DNA of 64,000 bases from Candidatus Bathyarchaeia archaeon (lineage in GTDB: Archaea > Thermoproteota > Bathyarchaeia > Bathyarchaeales > Bathycorpusculaceae): the NCBI GenBank assembly GCA_050012255.1, contig JBEKHN010000004.1, forward strand, positions 32,001-96,000, written 5' to 3'. Below are positions 48,324 through 55,719 of this stretch, piece after piece. Under the pieces are notes generated by a model, which was not told the origin of the DNA, did not search any database, and was given only the letters and a program-made list of their open reading frames with translations. Positions within the stretch are counted from its first letter, which is position 1, and every line of letters starts with the position of its first letter. The translations under genes were made by a program, and so were the position numbers.

Positions 48324-49719
48324 ACCGAAGCCAAGAGTCAAGAAAGAAGCCGAGCCGATGCCCAAGCAGAAGCCAGCAGTCCGTAGGAAAAACTTCAACG
48401 AGGTTGCATTGGGCTACACCGAGGAGCAGGCCAAAGCAGAAGCAAACCGGTGTTTGCAATGCGCAAAACCGCAGTGCGTGGCAGGCTGCCCGGTGGAAAT
48501 AGACATCCCAGACTTCATCAGGCTACTCAGAGAAGGAAAATGCGAAGAGGCTGCAAAGAAGCTCAAGGAAAAAAACAGTCTGCCAGCGATCTGCGGGCGC
48601 GTGTGCCCACAAGAAGACCAGTGTCAGAAATTATGTGTCCTCGGGAAAGTTGGCGAACCCGTAAGTATCGGCAGGCTAGAACGTTGGTTGGCCGATTGGG
48701 AGAGAGAAACAGGCAACGTCAAGGTTCCAGAGAAAACAGGGTCCACAGGCAAGAAGGTCGCCGTAGTCGGTGCTGGCCCGGCTGGACTTACCGCTGCAGC
48801 TGACTTGGCAAAGCTTGGGCACGAGGTCGTTGTTTTTGAGGCGCTCCACTTGCCAGGAGGCGTGCTTGTCTACGGCATTCCCGAGTTCCGATTGCCGAAG
48901 AGAATAGTTCAGGCAGAAGCTGATTACGTTCAGAAATTAGGTGTCGAGCTTCGCCTAGGGTACTTGGTCGGCAGGGTCTACACGATTCCAGAGCTGCTCA
49001 AGAAGAAGGGTTTTGAAGCGGTCTTCATAGGTACGGGCGCCGGTTTGCCTGCTTTTCTAGGCGTGCCCGGAGAAGACCTGGGCGGAATCTACTCTGCCAA
49101 CGAGTTTTTGATCCGAGTGAACCTGATGAAAGCTTACGCGTTTCCAGAGTATGACACGCCTATAAGGATCGGAAAACACGTCGTTGTCATCGGCGGAGGC
49201 AACGTGGCCATGGACTCTGCCCGGTCTGCACTGCGTCTAGGCGCTGAAGAAGTCTGCATTGTCTATCGACGCTCAAGGGAAGAGATGCCTGCTCGGCACG
49301 AGGAGATCGAGAACGCTGAGGAAGAGGGCATAGTGTGCAAGTTCTTAGCCAACCCAACTAGGTTCTACGGCGACGAGAAAGGCTGGGTCAAATCCATGGA
49401 GTGCATCTGCATGGAACTCGGCCCCCCAGACGAGTCTGGCAGAAGAAGACCCGTTCCAATAAAGGGTTCAGAGTTCATCATCGAAACTGACACGGTGATA
49501 GTTGCCGTTGGAAGAAATCCCAACCCCATCGTGCAGAGCACGACCGAAGGGTTGGCGGTCACCAAATGGGGAACGATAGTCACAGATGAGAATGGCAAGA
49601 CCAGCCTTGAAGGCGTCTACGCTGGCGGCGACATAGTCACGGGCGAGGCAACCGTGATAAGCGCCATGGGCGCTGGTAAGAAGGCGGCAAAAGCCATAGA
49701 CGAATATCTTAAAAAATGA
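48310..49719 (+). CDS. nfnB: NfnB/SudA large subunit (GltD-like, bifurcating flavoprotein)
   Basis: RCLQC..P.C..GCPV, CGRVCPQE.QC, GAGPAG, YGIPEFRL, GGGNVAMD, TGEATVI. Confidence 0.92.
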   Translation: MAESKPKPRVKKEAEPMPKQKPAVRRKNFNEVALGYTEEQAKAEANRCLQCAKPQCVAGCPVEIDIPDFIRLLREGKCEEAAKKLKEKNSLPAICGRVCPQEDQCQKLCVLGKVGEPVSIGRLERWLADWERETGNVKVPEKTGSTGKKVAVVGAGPAGLTAAADLAKLGHEVVVFEALHLPGGVLVYGIPEFRLPKRIVQAEADYVQKLGVELRLGYLVGRVYTIPELLKKKGFEAVFIGTGAGLPAFLGVPGEDLGGIYSANEFLIRVNLMKAYAFPEYDTPIRIGKHVVVIGGGNVAMDSARSALRLGAEEVCIVYRRSREEMPARHEEIENAEEEGIVCKFLANPTRFYGDEKGWVKSMECICMELGPPDESGRRRPVPIKGSEFIIETDTVIVAVGRNPNPIVQSTTEGLAVTKWGTIVTDENGKTSLEGVYAGGDIVTGEATVISAMGAGKKAAKAIDEYLKK

Positions 49720-49820
49720 ACAGACTGTTCCCTAGCTAGCCCCCGCAGTTTTAGCCCCTCCGGTCGTTGGTGTTGCAATCCTTTGGCACTAAAAGGTCAT
49801 CTGACAAGCTTCAAATGGAC

Positions 49821-50015
49821 TTATATTTCACGGATTTCGCATTGAAGCTTCTTGATTATTTCCTCAGCTTTCAACGGCTCAACTTTCAACGTGTAAAGCC
49901 TGCTCGGCGTGCGCAGCTTCAGCTTCACAACATCCTTCAGTCTCTTCACGGCACAATAGTGTGCACGCTCGCTTATGGCGACGAATCGTTCGGCATCAAC
50001 GATTTCAGCAGGCAC
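49821..50015 (-). CDS. rpl38e: 50S ribosomal protein eL38
   Basis: MP.EI...F; VKLKLRT...LYTLKV. Confidence 0.85.
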   Translation of the reverse strand: MPAEIVDAERFVAISERAHYCAVKRLKDVVKLKLRTPSRLYTLKVEPLKAEEIIKKLQCEIREI

Positions 50016-50061
50016 AGCTTTTCACACCCGTTTAACGCAGTGTTGGTTCATACACGAGTTC

Positions 50062-50982
50062 TTATCTGTTTTGGTGACCGCGTGCATTTAGAGGTTCGTC
50101 TATTTCCTTGAGCAAAGCTTCAACAGTTTTCTTTTCCTCTCCATTTAGGGGTAACGCTGGTCTGCGAGGGTAGCCGCCTGGCATTCCTCTCAGTCTCATC
50201 GCTTCTTTGATAGCTGAGAGTTGGTTAAACCTTCTAACAAGTATCTCGTTTGCAAAGGTTATGCGGTTTTGCAGTCTGCTTGCTTCTTCGTATTGGCCCT
50301 TCTTGAAAGCTTTGTACAATCGACTGCACAGCGTTGGGAACACGTTTGCAACTGCTATCACTGCGCCTCTGCCTCCGGCTAGAAGTGTTGGAAGCGCGAT
50401 GTCGGCTGTGCCGGCTAGGACGGAAAGCCTGTTACCCACCAATCTCATGATCTCGCTTATCGTGCCAAGGCTTCCGCTGCTGTCCTTCACTCCGATTACG
50501 CTTTGGTTTTCAGACGCGAGTTTATGAATGGAAGCTGGTTCGAGAGAAAAGCCTGTGAACTTTGGAACGTTGTAGACAACTATCGGAAGGTCGACAGCCT
50601 CAGAGACTGTCCTGTAGTGTTCATGAATTTCTCTGTTTGTGAGTCTGAAATAGAAGGGTGTCACTATCAGCGCGGCATCCACGCCCAGGTCAGCCGCATC
50701 CTTGGTAAACGCAATGGTTTCTTGCGTGCTCATGCTACCCGTGCCCGCGACTACCGGAACCTTTCCATTGGCCTCATCCAGAACGGTTTCAATGACCTTT
50801 GCTCTCTCTTGGCGCGTAAGGTAAGGGGCTTCGCCGTTGCTTCCACACGGAACTAATCCTGAAACGCCACCTTGCAGCCAAAACCTCACACACGTCCTTA
50901 ATGCCTTGACGTCGAATTGACCTCCACGCGTGAAAGGTGTCACGTGAGGCACAAATATCCCGTCCAAAACCAGTTTAGCTAT
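50062..50982 (-). CDS. DapA/NAL-family aldolase (HOGA-like); start at TTG 50967 or ATA 50982
   Basis: VTPF, GSNGE, YNVP, GVKDS (Schiff-base Lys). Confidence 0.88.
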   Translation of the reverse strand: MAKLVLDGIFVPHVTPFTRGGQFDVKALRTCVRFWLQGGVSGLVPCGSNGEAPYLTRQERAKVIETVLDEANGKVPVVAGTGSMSTQETIAFTKDAADLGVDAALIVTPFYFRLTNREIHEHYRTVSEAVDLPIVVYNVPKFTGFSLEPASIHKLASENQSVIGVKDSSGSLGTISEIMRLVGNRLSVLAGTADIALPTLLAGGRGAVIAVANVFPTLCSRLYKAFKKGQYEEASRLQNRITFANEILVRRFNQLSAIKEAMRLRGMPGGYPRRPALPLNGEEKKTVEALLKEIDEPLNARGHQNR

Positions 50983-51255
50983 AGTCTTGCCTCCAAGGTG
51001 CTCACATGCAAACGTCGCTATATAAGCCTGCGACCTTCAGATTTTCTTTTCAGCAGAGGAGAAAGCTCTCCTGCAAAGCAAATCGAACTTGAACCAGCAA
51101 GCGTGTGCAAGGAGGTGGCGGCCCATTCGCCTATGCTCAGACCGCACGCGATGCTTCATGTCCACGTTACAGTTGCGCGGCTTGCCTTCTTGCCGTATGA
51201 AATGAAAAGCTTGCGAATGCATCATGCCAATTCAAAGTGAGCACTGATCGATGAT

Positions 51256-51924
51256 TTAGTCTTCCTGCTGGATCTCACCCTTGGAAAGACTTAGAATGAT
51301 TATTCCTAGGAGGGTCACTAGACCTGAGAGACCCGTGAGGTACAATAGAAACTCTGGCAAAAGGCCTCCGAGCAATGACCACACAAGAAGCAAGAGACCA
51401 ATTGCGAAGCCGGTTCCCGCCAAGACCGTTATCAGAATCACGAACAACGTTCCCGTGAAGCCAAGCTGGATCGGAGTTCTTCCAATCGCACGAGAAACTA
51501 TCCAATAGCTGCCCACAGCCTTTGCAACGTATCCGTCGATGAAACAGTAGATTATGAAAAGAACTATCGTCGTAGGCAAGCTTGCCGCGTACAATCTTAT
51601 GATGAATGATGGGATAGACACTACGAGGAATGCAATGGCTAGCGCAAACCCGTGAACCAGCAAGCTTTCCCAATCATCATTCACTTGAATGCTCCATATG
51701 CTGTCCATCAAAAACTTGTTGACTGCACCCAAAACAAGGAATAAGATGAGAAAGCCGATTATCAAGCCTATGAGAGCAGCGAAGACGACTAGGCCCAGAA
51801 GAATGACACCTAATACGATACCAATAATCAGTCCAAATATGCTGAACAGAAGCCCATGCACAAAATATCTTGGCAGTAGATATCTCAAAAGGGACCCTTT
51901 CGAGTTTTCTTCAACCATTTTCAA
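51256..51924 (-). CDS. Hypothetical multi-pass membrane protein
   Basis: About 6 hydrophobic segments. Confidence 0.65.
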   Translation of the reverse strand: MKMVEENSKGSLLRYLLPRYFVHGLLFSIFGLIIGIVLGVILLGLVVFAALIGLIIGFLILFLVLGAVNKFLMDSIWSIQVNDDWESLLVHGFALAIAFLVVSIPSFIIRLYAASLPTTIVLFIIYCFIDGYVAKAVGSYWIVSRAIGRTPIQLGFTGTLFVILITVLAGTGFAIGLLLLVWSLLGGLLPEFLLYLTGLSGLVTLLGIIILSLSKGEIQQED

Positions 51925-52169
51925 GCACCTAGCACGCGCCTATTACTTCTTGATGGCACAAACCAAAAAACACTAAAGCAATATAAAGCAAGAGTCAACC
52001 CTCAAACTATTCTTGATCACCTATTGCCGCCCTCAACCGTGCGATTGAAGCACAGTTCATTCAACCTGAAAGCTAATATTTGAACTTAACGCGAATTCTG
52101 TCATTAGAACAGGCTGTTCGCATGCATACAAATGCGCGCTAGAAGCTTCTTCCGATAGAAAAGGTTCTT

Positions 52170-52247
52170 TGGTGGGCCGGACCGGACTCGAACCGGCGAC
52201 CTTCTGCACGTCAAGCAGATGTCCTAACCGAGCTAGACTACCGGCCC
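52170..52247 (-). tRNA. tRNA-Val(GAC), CCA encoded
   Basis: GGGCCGG acceptor stem; TCTGC-TTGACGT-GCAGA anticodon arm; GGTTCGAGTCC T-arm; upstream BRE/TATA. Confidence 0.96.
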
Positions 52248-52299
52248 CGGATTTTTCTCTCAGAAGACAACGCTTAGTAATAGATATAGAGCTTTCGGA

Positions 52300-52917
52300 T
52301 TACTTTTGCACGCTGGTCTCCTTGTTTTTCGCCATGGCAGACATATACTTGGAGATGTAGGAGAACGTGAAGGGGCGATACTGAACCTTATCTGTCAAGT
52401 CTATCAGGAAGCTTTGAAGACTGTAGACGTCGGCGTGTGGAAACTGTTTTATCCCTTCAAGCATTTCCAAAAATGATGAATAGTCTTCGTGAATTGAGAC
52501 TACGGCAACGTCGTACCCCAAGCCCATTCCTCTCAGCGCGAGGACGCTCTTCATTCCCCTTTTTTCGGCTATTTCTTTGCCCAGCTCCATCAGCTTTTCA
52601 AGCTCTTCAGCGGACACGTCCTTCGGACGCTTGATGAAGGTCATGGCCATTATCTTGAAGCCGAGTTTCTCGAAATTGGGTATTATAGTGTACTCTCTGA
52701 CGTAGCCTTCTTTCTCCAACCTTCTGAGCGTTCTGGTGACTGTGGGCTGCGAGGTGCCGATTGCCTTTGCAAGTTCTCTGTCACTTCTTCTACTGTTCTT
52801 CAGCAGCTCGGCAAAAAGCTTCAGTTCAACATCCTTCAGAACAATCCCTCCCTGCTTGGTTCGCTCAATCAAGAATTTCTTCACCATGCTTTTAACTTCT
52901 TTGCATAACCGCTTCAA
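52300..52917 (-). CDS. Lrp/AsnC-family wHTH transcriptional regulator
   Basis: ELLKNSRRSDRELAK.IG.SQPTVTR..RRLEKEG; IPNFEKLG. Confidence 0.88.
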   Translation of the reverse strand: MKRLCKEVKSMVKKFLIERTKQGGIVLKDVELKLFAELLKNSRRSDRELAKAIGTSQPTVTRTLRRLEKEGYVREYTIIPNFEKLGFKIMAMTFIKRPKDVSAEELEKLMELGKEIAEKRGMKSVLALRGMGLGYDVAVVSIHEDYSSFLEMLEGIKQFPHADVYSLQSFLIDLTDKVQYRPFTFSYISKYMSAMAKNKETSVQK

Positions 52918-52938
52918 CCGCCTATTCCAAACGACTGC

Positions 52939-53709
52939 TCAGACAGCCGCCGACTCCATCTTATGGCCAAAAATTCGGCTCTTCGCCATCGTGACCAAGA
53001 ATATGAAGGCAGTAATCGTCACGGCATAGAGAAGAATACCCAACAACCAGCTTGTCGGCCCAGCTGCCCTGCTGGTCTGAAGGAAGAGGCCGATGAACAG
53101 AGCGAAGTACCACAAGGCTGAAGACCACGCGATCGGCAGGACCACCGCCAACGCAAAGAGAAACACTGAAAGAACCAAGTAGTAGAAGCTGAGGCGCGGC
53201 AGAAGCTTCTTTGTCAGCTGGAGGAGTCTCACGTCACCAACACCAAGGCTGCTTCGGCCCTGTATTGCCCTGATAAGAATCTTAGACTCAGCGTAAACCT
53301 CAGGCAACTCTTCCACAACGATCAGGCCCAGTGCCATGATCAACACGAGAAGCGTCAGCAAAAGACCTGAATCGATGATCACCAAGAAGAGCGCAGCCGC
53401 GCCGAAGCCTAAGACCAGCGGCACGAAGGGCAGCAGACTCAGGAACCTGTGAAAAACCGTTATCTTTTCGTAGGGGTCGAACACAACAAAGCTCTTGTTG
53501 AACACGCTGGCCTCAGAATTCTTTGAAAGACTCTTCAGCTTGCTGAACCTCAGACGCAGAAAGACGGCCAGAGCCAAGGCTGTCGAACCCATGACAACCA
53601 GCGTTGTTGAAGCATAGACAAGGTAGCTGTCCAAGCCAGAAGGCCCCACCAATAGCGACGTTGAAGTTTTATTAATGCTTGATGCGCCAAAAACACCCGC
53701 GCGCGCCAC
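52939..53709 (-). CDS. Hypothetical membrane protein
   Basis: Multiple TM segments; no recognised motif. Confidence 0.65.
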   Translation of the reverse strand: MARAGVFGASSINKTSTSLLVGPSGLDSYLVYASTTLVVMGSTALALAVFLRLRFSKLKSLSKNSEASVFNKSFVVFDPYEKITVFHRFLSLLPFVPLVLGFGAAALFLVIIDSGLLLTLLVLIMALGLIVVEELPEVYAESKILIRAIQGRSSLGVGDVRLLQLTKKLLPRLSFYYLVLSVFLFALAVVLPIAWSSALWYFALFIGLFLQTSRAAGPTSWLLGILLYAVTITAFIFLVTMAKSRIFGHKMESAAV

Positions 53710-53770
53710 GTAGAAGTATCAGATATGGTGAAAAGACTTTAAGAAACAACAAACGTAACTAGCTAGAAGT

Positions 53771-53858
53771 GCCGGGATGGCAGAGTGGTTAATGCGCTGG
53801 CCTTGAGAGCCAGTGGCCCTTTGGGGCCTCGCGGGTTCAAGTCCCTCTCCCGGCGCCA
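53771..53858 (+). tRNA. tRNA-Ser(TGA), long variable arm, CCA encoded
   Basis: GCCGGGA/TCCCGGC acceptor stem; CTGGC-CTTGAGA-GCCAG; G discriminator; upstream GAAAAGACTTTAAG. Confidence 0.95.
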
Positions 53859-53884
53859 ACAAACCCGAGCTAGCTGTTTACCAC

Positions 53885-54630
53885 TTAAGCAACTTTTTCG
53901 ATGATTGCTACGTAACCTGAGTTTTCAGAGTCTATGAATTGGCTTATTTTCCATCCTGTTCCGCTGATGAGCTGTTCCATTTCTTCCTTAGAAACGATTA
54001 ACCATTCAATCCATGTTGTGACTGTTTTTTCGAACCTCACTCTTATCCTTGTCTGTCCGCTTAGTCTTCCCCTGCTTTTGTTTAGCCTGTGATATTCCAA
54101 GTGCAGCGAGTTGTCTGTCTTGTAGGGGTCTCTGGTTTCGGCTATGATAATAGCGTTCTCTGAGGTTATCCTTCGAAGCCTCTTGAGCAACCTTCTCGCT
54201 TTCTTAGGGTTGCCCATAAGGCCGAAGTTGCCGCCGAGCATGAGTATCGTACCAAAAGTGTTGGGTTTGAAGCTCAGGTTTTCAAGAGACATCACTCTGG
54301 CTTTCTTCAGCCCCTCAGTTTGCAGACCTTGACGGCGAGGGGAGAACTGTCGACTCCAACCACGCTGAAACCCTTTTGCTGCAGGTACAAGGCGTGTCTG
54401 CCAGCTCCACAGCCTATGTCTAAGACTCTGCCCTTGACGAAGCCCATCGCTTTCTGCTCGATGAGAGGCCAGTCCGCGTATTCTGAAAAGTAGACTTTGG
54501 GGCTTTGGTGGGCGGAGAAGTAGCCGTCGTCCCTCTCAATTATCTCGTAAATGTTTTGGCCCTTGTAGCAGGCCCAGAGTTCCTGGCCGAAAGCATCACG
54601 CTCACGCTCCACGGTTCTGAGTTTACGCAT
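53885..54630 (-). pseudogene. Class I SAM methyltransferase split by a frameshift at about 54311-54314
   Basis: VLDIGCGAG in 54307..54630; the product continues in another frame (LKKARVMSLE...) and adding one G restores a single ORF. Confidence 0.8.
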
Positions 54631-54755
54631 AAGCCAAGGATATGGAACTTTCTCACTTTATAATTTTCGAGTCGGGTTCGACCCGCTAGATCTCACAAAG
54701 CGTTTAGTCTATGAAGATGAAGCCTAGAAGCCTCACAAAACTTGGAGAGACGATT

Positions 54756-55063
54756 ATGCATTTGGAGGAGATGAAGAAGGAAATAGGGAAGCTCGTCTTA
54801 GAGAAGGGTTCTACAATAGACCGGAGGACATTCCGAAGAAGCTGCTTTTCGCTTTCATCGAGCTTGGTCAGGCGAGTAGCGCGTGGAAGGAAGGTGAGAG
54901 TGAGGAGAAGGTGGCTGAAGAATTGATCGACGTGATATTTTGTGTTCTTGACGCTGATCGGTTGGCTTGGTCTTCAGTCAACGTGGACGAGACGTTCCTG
55001 AAGAAAATGGAAAAGAACAGGAGTAGACCGTATTAGTACGACCAAGGACACCGTCGCCTATAA
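54756..55063 (+). pseudogene. MazG-like nucleotide pyrophosphohydrolase remnant (frameshift near 54808, TAG at 55034)
   Basis: MHLEEMKKEIGKLVLEKG / FYNRPEDIPKKLLFAFIELGQA..AWK...VAEELIDV...KKMEKNRSRPY*. Confidence 0.72.
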
Positions 55064-55098
55064 TGCATTACTGTAGCAAATGCACTTGGTAGCGCGGT

Positions 55099-55488
55099 CT
55101 ATGGTCGATATTCTCTCGAAAACAGTGGGCTCGAGATTATTAGATCTGCTGTCGCTCGGTTGCAGGCAGTCGGGATGTTGTACAGTACGGCTATTCTGAG
55201 AAGGGCCTTGACGTCAACGTCGTGCGGGAGAGATTCCAACGGGTCCCAGAAGAAGATCAGGTAATCCAATTTCCTGTTAGCTATCAAAGCGCCGAGCTCC
55301 ATGTCTCCTCCCTGAGAGCCGTCCTTGAGCAAAACGACGTTTAGGCCTGTTTTCTCCATGATTTTTTTCCCTGTTCCCCCTGTTGCGCAAAGGTTATGAA
55401 GTGCCAGTGTCCCCTTGTTGAATTCAACCCACTCCACCAGATCAACCTTCTTATTGTCATGAGCGACCAAGGCTATTGTTCTTTTCAA
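55099..55488 (-). CDS. mgsA: Methylglyoxal synthase
   Basis: IALVAHDNKK, ATG.TG, GGD, FFWDP...PHDVDVKALLR, ACNRATAD. Confidence 0.93.
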   Translation of the reverse strand: MKRTIALVAHDNKKVDLVEWVEFNKGTLALHNLCATGGTGKKIMEKTGLNVVLLKDGSQGGDMELGALIANRKLDYLIFFWDPLESLPHDVDVKALLRIAVLYNIPTACNRATADLIISSPLFSREYRP

Positions 55489-55719
55489 GCTACATCACAC
55501 CGGTTCAAACCAAATCGAATACTTCTAACAGCCTTAAACCCTTTGCTGCAACAGTAGCCTTTTCTTAACCAGAGAAGGCAGGTCAGATATCATTATTGTT
55601 CCCAGAAAGAACGTGTTTTCACTCGTGCAATCAAGATTTTGCATGTTTAAACGTGTGGAGCTAGTGCTTCTTTTCAACCCGCTCAAGCTTGTAGCGCCAA
55701 CGCGTGCCAGAAGAAATGG

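Noticed and set aside
48310-49719. Glutamate synthase call
   Set aside because: Paired with NfnA and no large subunit nearby, so NfnB/SudA fits better.
54307-54309. TGA read-through (selenocysteine) in the methyltransferase
   Set aside because: The continuation is in a different frame, so this is a frameshift.
54673-54685. CGGGTTCGACCCG, a T-arm-like palindrome (possible att site)
   Set aside because: The loop is too short, there is no extended identity to the tRNA-Ser 3' end, and no integrase is present.
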